64,000 nt of DNA from Anaerolineales bacterium. GTDB lineage: Bacteria > Chloroflexota > Anaerolineae > Anaerolineales > Villigracilaceae. A program made the position numbers and the translations under genes. The notes under the pieces are model-generated. The model worked only from the letters and a program-made list of their open reading frames with translations. It did not search any database and was not told the DNA's origin. Of this stretch, positions 1-8,430 are shown piece by piece; position 1 is the stretch's first letter; every line of letters starts with the position of its first letter. The DNA lies in assembly GCA_046328875.1 (NCBI GenBank), contig JAXLVS010000001.1:2513315-2577314 (forward strand). Reading direction: 5' to 3'.

Positions 1-244
1 CAATCTTTAGCTCAGCTACATCTTTTCCATGAAGAAGGACTTTTCCACTGCGCTCTCCACGGTAACTGCGGGGAATGAGGCCATTGATAGAGCGCGCTAA
101 GGTAGTCTTGCCGCATCCGCTTGAACCAGCAATTAAAAGCAACTCGCCCTGCTTAAGCTCGAACGAGATGTTCTCGATCGCAAGCTCGGGGCGGGTACGA
201 TACTTAAACGATAGGTTTTCAACTACGAGGGGAGTCTCACTCAT
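1..244 (-). CDS. ECF/ABC transporter ATP-binding protein, N-terminal part only (runs off window start)
   Basis: Hand translation from ATG at 244: MSETPLVVENLSFKYRTRPELAIENISFELKQGELLLIAGSSGCGKTTLARSINGLIP; Walker A GSSGCGKT; the NGLIP motif is typical of EcfA/CbiO. Not in the ORF track. Confidence 0.85.
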   Translation of the reverse strand, partial: MSETPLVVENLSFKYRTRPELAIENISFELKQGELLLIAGSSGCGKTTLARSINGLIPRSYRGERSGKVLLHGKDVAELKI

Positions 245-365
245 GGGTGGGGTCAGTGCTCTCAGTTTTATTTGAATTCTTAATTCCAGCCCCTATTATC
301 AAGACAATAAATAGTACTGTCAAGTAGGAGATTAGACCATCATTTTAGGCTCAATTATTATTCAT

Positions 366-400
366 AAAAGCGCCCTGCCAAATGGTAGGGCGCTTCTCTT
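366..400 (-). terminator. Intrinsic terminator downstream of the Pmp3-family gene
   Basis: Stem AAGCGCCCTGCC-aaat-GGTAGGGCGCTT with A/T tracts on both sides, about 12 nt after the stop at 412. Confidence 0.75.
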
Positions 401-411
401 TCAGAAAAAAA

Positions 412-576
412 TTACATCAAAACCACATACAAGGCGTGCAGCACGCCAGGGATGCCACCTAAGAAGCACAGAACAATGTTGATCCAAAAGGCATTATCAA
501 TCTTACCGTTTTTCATATAAACACCTAACGGGGGAATAAAAATTGCTGCAATTACCTGCAAAGCTTTATTATCCAT
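412..576 (-). CDS. YqaE/Pmp3 (UPF0057) family small membrane proteolipid, 54 aa
   Basis: Hand translation MDNKALQVIAAIFIPPLGVYMKNGKIDNAFWINIVLCFLGGIPGVLHALYVVLM; family pattern PPLGV...FWINI.L..LG.IPG..HA; SD AGGAGAG upstream. Below the ORF-track size cutoff. Confidence 0.9.
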   Translation of the reverse strand: MDNKALQVIAAIFIPPLGVYMKNGKIDNAFWINIVLCFLGGIPGVLHALYVVLM

Positions 577-650
577 TCGACACTCTCCTATATATAAGTT
601 GGATTAAATACTTCTCAATTATACAATGTAATGTATATAAATATCATAAC

Positions 651-1871
651 TCAATCAGGCAATACTCTTGGAAAAACAACTTGAAACGCAGTCCCCTTCT
701 GCAAATCTGGGCGAAGGCGAATTTCACCTTTCAAAACATTCACAACTAAATTATGGACAATGGCCAGCCCAAGTCCTGTCCCGCCGCTGGCGCGAGCCGT
801 GGTGAAGAAAGGCTCAAAAATACGAGACTGTTCTTCCTTTGGAATTCCCCTGCCGTAATCCTGTACAGTCAAACGGTAATGTTTATCATCAGCAAGTTCA
901 ATGGTCACATCTACATCCCCGCCAATTCCATTGGGATAGGCATGCCGCTCGGTATTGGTCAATAAATTAATCAGAATCTGAGAAAGCACACCGCGATACC
1001 CAGCCCAGCTCTTTTGCTCAAAGGCTAACCTATTGACGAAGTTCACGCCGATCTGACTCCGCTTCAAGCTGACCAGCACCAAACTGACAGTTTCTTCCAC
1101 GGCTTCAGAGATATCGAACAATTCCTTTTGATCAGTCAATTGGCTGACCGATATTTTCTTAAAGTCCTGTACCAATCTGTGGGCACGTTCCACATTGCGC
1201 CGCATCAACTCCAGCGATTCGGCAATATCGGCAGCGCGTTGAATGGTGACTTCTTTAGGAGAAGCCAGTTCTCGAGCCATAATGCTTACTGCAGTATTGA
1301 TAATTCCCAAAGGGGTGTTGATCTCATGCGCTACACCTGCCACCATCTCAGTTAATGCGCGTTGTTTTTCAGCTTCCATCTGAGAAGCGAGAGTTCGCCG
1401 TGTCAACGTCTGCTCAAATTCACGGTCATTTGCTGCGCGTATTTGTTCACTCAAAGAAGAAAAAATCTCGATAATTTCTTCAGGGTTTGAGTTGCGGATA
1501 ATTTCAAGCATCAAGTCACGATCAATAGCAAGGAGGTCTGAATCCTCTAAGGCCGTCACTGTGGCCTGTCGCGGCTCCTTACTCAACATGGCAATTTCCC
1601 CAAATATTTCGCAGTCGGCCAATTCAGCCATAATGACATGCTCTCCATCCAAAACATCCTCACGCTCGATCTTTACCCTGCCTTTGAGAATCAAATACAT
1701 CGTCGCCGAATATTCCCCCTGCCGAAAAATAACAGAATTTGCATGTACACAAGTACTTGTTGCATTTTCAGAGATCACAGCTAATTGCTTCTCTGAAAAA
1801 GAGGCAAAAAACGGGGACTGTCTTAAAATTCCGAGGTGAAGAGCGCTTTGTTCTTTGGATAATGTTTGCAT
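651..1871 (-). CDS. Soluble sensor histidine kinase with N-terminal cyclic-nucleotide-binding domain
   Basis: cNMP cassette FGEIAMLSKEPRQAT; H-box VAHEINTPL; N box NLLTNTERHA; G boxes DYGRGI, FEPFFTT, GTGLGL; no transmembrane segment. Confidence 0.9.
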   Translation of the reverse strand: MQTLSKEQSALHLGILRQSPFFASFSEKQLAVISENATSTCVHANSVIFRQGEYSATMYLILKGRVKIEREDVLDGEHVIMAELADCEIFGEIAMLSKEPRQATVTALEDSDLLAIDRDLMLEIIRNSNPEEIIEIFSSLSEQIRAANDREFEQTLTRRTLASQMEAEKQRALTEMVAGVAHEINTPLGIINTAVSIMARELASPKEVTIQRAADIAESLELMRRNVERAHRLVQDFKKISVSQLTDQKELFDISEAVEETVSLVLVSLKRSQIGVNFVNRLAFEQKSWAGYRGVLSQILINLLTNTERHAYPNGIGGDVDVTIELADDKHYRLTVQDYGRGIPKEEQSRIFEPFFTTARASGGTGLGLAIVHNLVVNVLKGEIRLRPDLQKGTAFQVVFPRVLPD

Positions 1872-1918
1872 GTTTGGCCTGAACCGATCATTTCTAAAAT
1901 AACTTCACACGTATTGTA

Positions 1919-2878
1919 TTATTTCTTCTTTACCACTGCCTTCTTTGCAACCCTCTTAACAGGCTTTCTTGATTTCTGCTTTCCCATTGATTTTACAACT
2001 TTCTTCTGCAGAATTGCAGCCCTTTTTTCTTCATCTGTAATTCTCTTCCACAACGTGGAAAATACAAGGCCGCTCTTAAAGGTCAAATCTAGCAGGAGGC
2101 GCGGCATTACCATGGATGATTCCGCAGCATAAACATAATCTGCTGTAGTCTTTGTCTTCACAGTCTTTACTAATAAATTCCCCATTTCATCCACAGTCAA
2201 CTTATGCCCCTCAGGTGTTCGGATGGTCGGCGTTAAAACATCCAAACGACCAACAAGAGGTTTTAAATGCTCAGGATAATCACTCACCACAAGCTTTTTA
2301 TCAAAAATAAATCCCGTCACAGCCTCACCCTCTTGCGGGCCAGGCTCTCCAAACCAGCCAATTCCAGCTAAAAAATCTCTTCGAGAAGCAGAGTGCATCA
2401 ACATCCGTGTATTAGACATTTCAGTCATCAAGGCATACCAGCCTGTAAACCATTGACGCACACCACTTTTCACAAGTGAATACAATTTTTGCTCGTGCAA
2501 TTCCAACTTTGTGAAGTAGCCTGATATCTCATAATCATCGATCACTTTGCGCTCTGGCGCCACCCCAGGCTGCCCCGTACGAATATATAGTTGAACGGAG
2601 TGCCCTCCCGCCTCATTACGAATATATTCGCACAACTCCAACCCAGCTTTATCGCTTTCCATCACGACATCGATAAAGGCCACTGCCACAATTGGCTCAA
2701 TAGATCCCTGCAAAGTAAGAGGTCCTTCTAAAAGTTTGATCGCCTCCGCCTTGCTGCCAGCTGTATGGATTTTTATAGGCAGGCCATAAACCGTCACACT
2801 GCGCAATGCCAACCGCGTAACCGCCAGTACATCAGGGTCGTCATCCACAACCAGAATATTCCACTCATGAAAAAACAC
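1919..2878 (-). CDS. Response regulator receiver domain plus uncharacterised C-terminal domain
   Basis: ILVVDDD, AFIDVVME (phospho-Asp), IRTGQPG, YFTK; probable GTG start at 2878 after GGAGG; Lys-rich tail. Confidence 0.8.
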   Translation of the reverse strand: MFFHEWNILVVDDDPDVLAVTRLALRSVTVYGLPIKIHTAGSKAEAIKLLEGPLTLQGSIEPIVAVAFIDVVMESDKAGLELCEYIRNEAGGHSVQLYIRTGQPGVAPERKVIDDYEISGYFTKLELHEQKLYSLVKSGVRQWFTGWYALMTEMSNTRMLMHSASRRDFLAGIGWFGEPGPQEGEAVTGFIFDKKLVVSDYPEHLKPLVGRLDVLTPTIRTPEGHKLTVDEMGNLLVKTVKTKTTADYVYAAESSMVMPRLLLDLTFKSGLVFSTLWKRITDEEKRAAILQKKVVKSMGKQKSRKPVKRVAKKAVVKKK

Positions 2879-2906
2879 TGCAACCTCCAAACATAAACAG
2901 CAGGCG

Positions 2907-3941
2907 CTATTTCCTGATCACGCCGATCAATGCTTCATAATTTGCAGGAATAACCTTTGGGGATTTGAACGATTCAGTGATGACAGAGGGGTCTTTCATA
3001 CCATGACCAGTACATACCACAACAACCCGTTTGCCCTTCGCATCAAACTTCCCGACAGCGGATTCTGCCAACAAGCCAGCCAACCCTGCAGCAGACGCTG
3101 GCTCAACCCAAACCCCTTCCGAAGCTAAAATCTTCTGTGTGAACAAAATCTGCTCGTCTGATACAGCGATGATCCTGCCCTTCGACTCAGAAGCAGCATC
3201 CAGTGCTTGTTCGCCGCGAGCAGGCTTGCCTATACGAATAGCAGTCGCAATCGTCTCTGGTTTCTCAACAGGATGTCCTAACACAAGCGGAGCGGCGCCT
3301 GCAGCTTGTACGCCCAATACTTGCGGCAATCCCTTTTGGTATTGTTTAAAGCCAGCCCAATAAGAAGTAATGTTTCCCGCATTCCCTACTGGCAAACACA
3401 GCCAATCAGGCGCGGAGCCGAGATCATCACAAATTTCAAAGGCTCCTGTCTTCTGTCCTTCAATCCGGAATGGATTGATTGAATTGACCAATGCAATCGG
3501 AGTCTTTTGGGTGATCTCAACTACCAAAGTCAACGCATCATCAAAAGAACCTTGCACTTGAATCACCTCAGCCCCATAGGCAATAGCTCCAGCAAGCTTG
3601 CCAACGGCCACCTTGCCTTCTGGAATCAACACAATAGAACGAAGACCTGCGCGAGCTGCATAAGCCGCTGCAGAGGCTGCTGTATTGCCCGTGGATGCGC
3701 ATATCACCGTTTGTGCACCTCGGCCAACGGCTTCGCTGATGGCTGCGGTCATACCGCGGTCTTTGAAAGATCCAGTGGGATTCAATCCCTCGAATTTGAT
3801 GAATAATTCACAGCCTAATTCCCTGCTCAAACGCGGCATGGGAATTAATGGGGTATTTCCCTCGAGCAGGGAAATATTTTTTGTATAGGCGGGCAAGTCA
3901 AGATACTGCCCATAGCGATGAATCAAGCCTTGATAAGTCAT
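2907..3941 (-). CDS. thrC: Threonine synthase
   Basis: PLP motif NPTGSFKDRGM, CASTGNTAAS, PVGNAGNI, EPASAAG; likely start MTYQGLI at 3941 with SD GGAG. Confidence 0.95.
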   Translation of the reverse strand: MTYQGLIHRYGQYLDLPAYTKNISLLEGNTPLIPMPRLSRELGCELFIKFEGLNPTGSFKDRGMTAAISEAVGRGAQTVICASTGNTAASAAAYAARAGLRSIVLIPEGKVAVGKLAGAIAYGAEVIQVQGSFDDALTLVVEITQKTPIALVNSINPFRIEGQKTGAFEICDDLGSAPDWLCLPVGNAGNITSYWAGFKQYQKGLPQVLGVQAAGAAPLVLGHPVEKPETIATAIRIGKPARGEQALDAASESKGRIIAVSDEQILFTQKILASEGVWVEPASAAGLAGLLAESAVGKFDAKGKRVVVVCTGHGMKDPSVITESFKSPKVIPANYEALIGVIRK

Positions 3942-4026
3942 GTCTACTCCAAAGTTAAGAATGAGGCGATTATACCTATCGCGGTCACAAATTGCATTAA
4001 ATATGCAATTTGTAGCGCAGGTATTA

Positions 4027-4032
4027 TATAAT
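4027..4032 (+). promoter_or_regulatory. -10 element of a probably leaderless thrB transcript
   Basis: TATAAT 6 nt upstream of the ATG at 4039; no SD in between. Confidence 0.55.
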
Positions 4033-4038
4033 GTCCCC

Positions 4039-4923
4039 ATGATAAAAATTCGAGTCCCCGCCACCTCTGCCAATTTAGGCCCAGGCTTTGATTGTCTGGG
4101 CCTCGCTTTGAATATCTGGAATGAAGTTTCTTTTGAACCTGCCGAAAAACTGTCTTATCATGTCACTGGTGAGGGTGCAGAAAAATTAAATAAAGGCACT
4201 CGAAACTTGCTAACAAAGGCGTATGCGTTCCTGCATGAAACTTGTGGACACAAGATGAACGGAGTACAAATTTGCGCTGACAACGGTATTCTGATGAGCA
4301 GCGGCCTCGGCTCCAGTGCAGCAGCGATTGTAGCTGGACTATTTGGCGCCAACGAAATGCTTGGGAAACCGCTGAGCACCAAAGAGCTTTTACAACTTGC
4401 GACGAGTATGGAAGGCCACCCAGACAATGTGGCGCCTGCTCTGCTTGGTGGATTGGTAGTTTCGGTCATGGCACACGAAGAAATTATTACGAAGCGATAT
4501 GAAGTCCCTGAGTTTACTGTGGTGATTGTAAAGCCGCTCGTAGATTGGCCAACTCGTACAGCTCGCGCTGTACTTCCAAAATCCGTTTCACGCGCAGATG
4601 CTATTCACAACATCGGGCGTGCCGCTCTGGTTATTGACGCGTTACGCGATGGTAATTTTGATCTCCTACAAAAAGTTATGGATGACCGCATACACCAACC
4701 CTATCGGCTAAAACATATTGCAGGCGGTATGGCAGCATATAAGACCGCCAAAAGCTTTGGTGCGGCGGCACTTTCGGGGGCAGGTCCTTCCATCATCAAC
4801 TTTGTACCATCCGAAAAAGCAGGACAAGCTTGCCAGGCTATTGCACGAGTGTTTCAAGAACGGGGAATCGAAACAAGAGAATTGATTACATCTCCCACCA
4901 TAAAGGGAGTTCACAGAATATAA
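4039..4923 (+). CDS. thrB: Homoserine kinase (GHMP family)
   Basis: MIKIRVPATSANLGPGFD, GLGSSAAAI, EGHPDNVAPA, LSGAGPS. Confidence 0.95.
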   Translation: MIKIRVPATSANLGPGFDCLGLALNIWNEVSFEPAEKLSYHVTGEGAEKLNKGTRNLLTKAYAFLHETCGHKMNGVQICADNGILMSSGLGSSAAAIVAGLFGANEMLGKPLSTKELLQLATSMEGHPDNVAPALLGGLVVSVMAHEEIITKRYEVPEFTVVIVKPLVDWPTRTARAVLPKSVSRADAIHNIGRAALVIDALRDGNFDLLQKVMDDRIHQPYRLKHIAGGMAAYKTAKSFGAAALSGAGPSIINFVPSEKAGQACQAIARVFQERGIETRELITSPTIKGVHRI

Positions 4924-4953
4924 AACTTCCGACCAAATTGGTCGGAAGTTTTT
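4922..4953. terminator. Bidirectional terminator between convergent thrB and terC
   Basis: AAAACTTCCGACC-aaatt-GGTCGGAAGTTTT. Confidence 0.8.
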
Positions 4954-4963
4954 CTAAGCTAAT

Positions 4964-5800
4964 TTATTTCTTTTTCTCTTTTGGCTTGGTCTTTCCAGCA
5001 GGGTTAACTTTTGCTGGAACTGGGATTGGCTGTAATTCTACTTTTGCCGCCTTTGTCTCCTTGTATGGTTCGCGCAAGTTGACAGGTTTCACATGAGAAT
5101 CGCGTACTCGCAAATTGATCATTTCAACAAAAATAGAGAAACCCATTGCAAAGTAGACATATCCCTTCGGGACTTCCTGACCAAATCCATCCAAGATAAG
5201 TGTGAGGCCAATCATGAGCAAGAAACTGAGCGCAAGCATTTTCACGGTCGGGTGATTTTCCACAAATTCGCCAATCGGACCTGATAGGAAGATCATAACG
5301 CCCGCGGCAGCGATCACAGCAATGATCATAATCATAAGTTCCTTGGACATTCCCACTGCGGTAATAACTGAATCCAATGAAAAAACAACATCCAACAACA
5401 TGATTTGAATGATCACACTGACAAAATTAGCAGCTACTTTTGCAGAAGCATGTCCTTCCTGACCTTCAAGCTTTTCATGAATTTCTGACGTGCTTTTATA
5501 AAGAAGGAATAAACCGCCTGCAATCAAGATCAGGTTATGACCTGAAAAGCCAAAACCGAATATTGAAAACAAAGGTTCTTCGAGGCTAATGATCCACGAA
5601 AGGGAAAGAAGCAACAAAATACGAGAAAAAACCGCAAGAATAATACCCGTCGTTCGAGCACGCGATTGGTCTTGCTTGGGTAATTTCCCTGCCAAGATGG
5701 ATATAAAAATAATGTTATCCACCCCAAGGACCAGTTCAAGTACGATCAAAGTGACAAGGGCAACCCAAGACTCTGGTGAAGATATCCAACTAAAATTCAC
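4964..5800 (-). CDS. TerC family integral membrane protein
   Basis: LELVLGVDNIIFI, DVVFSLDSVITAVG, YFAMGFS; multiple hydrophobic helices. Confidence 0.9.
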   Translation of the reverse strand: MNFSWISSPESWVALVTLIVLELVLGVDNIIFISILAGKLPKQDQSRARTTGIILAVFSRILLLLSLSWIISLEEPLFSIFGFGFSGHNLILIAGGLFLLYKSTSEIHEKLEGQEGHASAKVAANFVSVIIQIMLLDVVFSLDSVITAVGMSKELMIMIIAVIAAAGVMIFLSGPIGEFVENHPTVKMLALSFLLMIGLTLILDGFGQEVPKGYVYFAMGFSIFVEMINLRVRDSHVKPVNLREPYKETKAAKVELQPIPVPAKVNPAGKTKPKEKKK

Positions 5801-5940
5801 GTTCTACACTCCTCAAAAAGAATAATTTCATTTTAATTGGATTTTGAAGATTTGGGTATGTAAAAACTCGAAGGTAAAACCTCCGAGTTTAGTCTACTTA
5901 ATGTTGAATAAGTCATTGATTACGTACCAACTTCAATACA

Positions 5941-6696
5941 TCAACTGAGTGACTTGTTCCGTTCTGTATCTAAAACCGCCCATTTGGAATTTAGCGGGTC
6001 AAAACGGACGTAGACCTTTTTACCAACCGAATATTTTTCAACGGCAGAATCCACGATCAAAACATCACCTTCGGCTTGAAAGACAGAACCGCTTTTCGGG
6101 GTGACATCAAAAACCATGTGCTTAGCACGTGATTGTTTTAGCGGATATGGAAGATCTAGGTCATCTACACGGGTGATGACGGCTTCTGCGGGCTCACCGC
6201 GTTTTTTAAGTTCTTCATTACCTTCGGTCAATTTATTAAATTCGCCTCGGCGATGATTGAGCATGGCCTCTTCATGCTGATTATCGTCATGGTCATAAGC
6301 GATACGCGACAAGTTGTTTGGATCGTAGACAATCCATATTTTCTGCCCTGCAAATCCAACCAACTCACCTCCCACAACAGCATAGTGTTTTTGATGGATC
6401 AAATTCCGAAAACCCGCACGAAAGTGGCCACGTCCTTCTGGCTGAACCTCAACTTCAAAATCAACGGTATGAGTTACGTCACTTCCTTCAATACGCTTGG
6501 CAGAAAGAATAGTGGCGGGCGCTAATAATCCACCTCCATCCAGAATGGCTTTATGTTCCGCCTGTGCTTTTTTTGCAGTCGCCGCCCTTTTCTTTGTAAA
6601 AGCGGTGATCAAAAGAAAAATCGGAGTTGCAAAAACCAGAAGAATCCCAGCAAGGCAAGCATAAGCGCCAATTGTTGACCAAATTGAATTATCCAT
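5941..6696 (-). CDS. Single-pass membrane protein with two related beta-rich (DUF3592-like) repeats
   Basis: N-terminal TM; repeated pattern APATI..EVEVQPEG..YDPNN / AEAVI..FDVTPKSG..FDPLN; start MDNSIW after SD GGAG. Confidence 0.6.
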   Translation of the reverse strand: MDNSIWSTIGAYACLAGILLVFATPIFLLITAFTKKRAATAKKAQAEHKAILDGGGLLAPATILSAKRIEGSDVTHTVDFEVEVQPEGRGHFRAGFRNLIHQKHYAVVGGELVGFAGQKIWIVYDPNNLSRIAYDHDDNQHEEAMLNHRRGEFNKLTEGNEELKKRGEPAEAVITRVDDLDLPYPLKQSRAKHMVFDVTPKSGSVFQAEGDVLIVDSAVEKYSVGKKVYVRFDPLNSKWAVLDTERNKSLS

Positions 6697-6713
6697 TAAT
6701 AAATCTCCATAAA

Positions 6714-6748
6714 AAAATACACCCAATCGAAACGATTGAGTGTATTTT
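6714..6748 (-). terminator. Intrinsic terminator ending the beta-oxidation operon
   Basis: AAAATACACCCAATCG-aaa-CGATTGAGTGTATTTT just after the SCP2 stop. Confidence 0.7.
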
Positions 6749-6766
6749 ACGATAAAATTTGTCTAG

Positions 6767-7093
6767 TTACTTGATCTTGAACATCTGCGTAAGTTTCATT
6801 GCAAGATTCAAATCGCCTGCGAGCTTCAACTTACCAGCCATGAAGGCTTGCATTCCGTCAAGCTCGCCAGTGAAGATTTTTACATAATCAGCAGAGTCGG
6901 CGGTGAGAGTCATCTTGGGAGTGGCAAAGGTTCCTTGTGCAACTTCAACTTTTCCATCCTTGATCGTGGCGTACCATTCTCCAGGTTCTGCGCCTGTGAA
7001 CTTGAATTGAATTGTGGCGTCCAAGCCTGCGGCTTTTTCTGGGATGAATGCGCCAGGCATTTTGGACATGAGATCTGCTACGGTTAGTGCCAT
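6767..7093 (-). CDS. SCP2 sterol/lipid-binding domain protein
   Basis: IQFKFTG, LDGMQAFMAGKLKLAGDLNLAMKL; start MALTV at 7093 after SD AGGAG. Confidence 0.9.
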   Translation of the reverse strand: MALTVADLMSKMPGAFIPEKAAGLDATIQFKFTGAEPGEWYATIKDGKVEVAQGTFATPKMTLTADSADYVKIFTGELDGMQAFMAGKLKLAGDLNLAMKLTQMFKIK

Positions 7094-7114
7094 TGTTATT
7101 TCTCCTATTTTTTT

Positions 7115-7184
7115 GTAGAGGCGGGGTTTTCCCACCCAAATCTATTATAACTACATCATAAGGGCGAGGAGACCTCGCCCCTAT
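7115..7184. repeat. REP/REPIN-like paired palindromic element
   Basis: GTAGAGGCGGGGTTTTCCCACCC...AGGGCGAGGAGACCTCGCCCCTAT, a degenerate GTAGGGGCG..CGCCC / GGGCG..CGCCCCTAC pair. Confidence 0.6.
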
Positions 7185-7188
7185 ATTA

Positions 7189-8376
7189 TTAATTTTGCAA
7201 ATTCTCAAAGATCGCTGCAGCACCCATACCACCGCCAATGCACATGGTGACCATACCATACTTAGACTTGCGGCGACCCATTTCATAGATCAATTGGGTG
7301 GTGAGTTTGGAGCCTGTGCAGCCGAGGGGATGTCCGAGGGCAATTGCGCCACCGTTGACATTAACTTTTTCGGGGTCAATTTCAAGGGTTTGCATAACTG
7401 CTAATGATTGAGCAGCGAAGGCTTCATTCAATTCTATCAGGTCAATGTCGTTCAACGAAAGACCAGCGATTTTGACAGCCTTCGGGATGGCAGCAATGGG
7501 ACCAATTCCCATTAATTCTGGTGGGACGCCTCCCACGGCAAAGGAAACGAATCGAGCCAATGGTTTGAGTCCCAACTCGTGAGCCTTCTCTGCCGACATG
7601 ACCATCACAGCCGAAGCCCCGTCAGACATTTGGGAAGAGTTCCCAGCGGTGACCATGCCGCCTTCTTTGAAAGCAGGCCGCAGCTTGGAAAGACCGTCGA
7701 GCGTTGAATCGCCGCGCGGGCCTTCATCCCGTTTCACAGTGAAGGCACGCTTCACGGCTTTGCCGTCCACATATTCAACGACTTCCACATCAAGCGGAAT
7801 GAGCTCAGGATCGAAGATGCCAGAGTCAACAGCATGGGCGGCTTTCTGATTGCTCTTGAGTGCGAATTCATCTTGCTGTTCGCGGGTGATGCCATACTTG
7901 ACTGAAACATTTTCCGCGGTGAGACCCATGTTGGTGTAATACTGCGGCAGATCCTGCGCGAACTGCGGATTGGGCGAAAACTTGTAGCCCATCATCGGCA
8001 CCATGGACATGGATTCAACACCCGCGCCAATGCCAATCTCGATCTGTCCCGCTTGAATTGCATTCGCCACATGCGCAATGGACTGCACGCCTGACGAGCA
8101 ATAGCGGTTGATGGTTTCGGCGGGCACGGTGTCTGGCAAACCAGCGCGGATGGAAATTGTGCGCGCCACATTCATGCCCTGTTCACCTTCGGGGAATGCA
8201 CAACCAAAGACGATATCTTCAATTTGAGCAGGGTCAAGATTCGGTGTGCGCTTCAATAACTCCTGAAGAACTGCCGAGCCCATTTCATCGGGACGAACCG
8301 TTGCAAGTCCGCCGCGTTTTGCTTTTCCAACAGGGGTACGTACTGCGCTAACGATAACTGCTTCTCGAGTTGTCAT
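7189..8376 (-). CDS. fadA: Acetyl-CoA C-acyltransferase (thiolase)
   Basis: NRYCSSG (catalytic Cys), [18 protein letters not shown]. Confidence 0.95.
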   Translation of the reverse strand: MTTREAVIVSAVRTPVGKAKRGGLATVRPDEMGSAVLQELLKRTPNLDPAQIEDIVFGCAFPEGEQGMNVARTISIRAGLPDTVPAETINRYCSSGVQSIAHVANAIQAGQIEIGIGAGVESMSMVPMMGYKFSPNPQFAQDLPQYYTNMGLTAENVSVKYGITREQQDEFALKSNQKAAHAVDSGIFDPELIPLDVEVVEYVDGKAVKRAFTVKRDEGPRGDSTLDGLSKLRPAFKEGGMVTAGNSSQMSDGASAVMVMSAEKAHELGLKPLARFVSFAVGGVPPELMGIGPIAAIPKAVKIAGLSLNDIDLIELNEAFAAQSLAVMQTLEIDPEKVNVNGGAIALGHPLGCTGSKLTTQLIYEMGRRKSKYGMVTMCIGGGMGAAAIFENLQN

Positions 8377-8430
8377 TTGTTTATCTCCTTTGGAGAGTGG
8401 AAAGTAGGTTTACTCACCACTTTCAACTTT

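Noticed and set aside
4964-5800. Tellurite-resistance island
   Set aside because: A lone TerC with no terABDZ genes.
8377-8430. Short gaaagt-type direct and inverted repeats in the fadN-fadA spacer
   Set aside because: Too short and degenerate to support a function; noted only as low-complexity intergenic filler.
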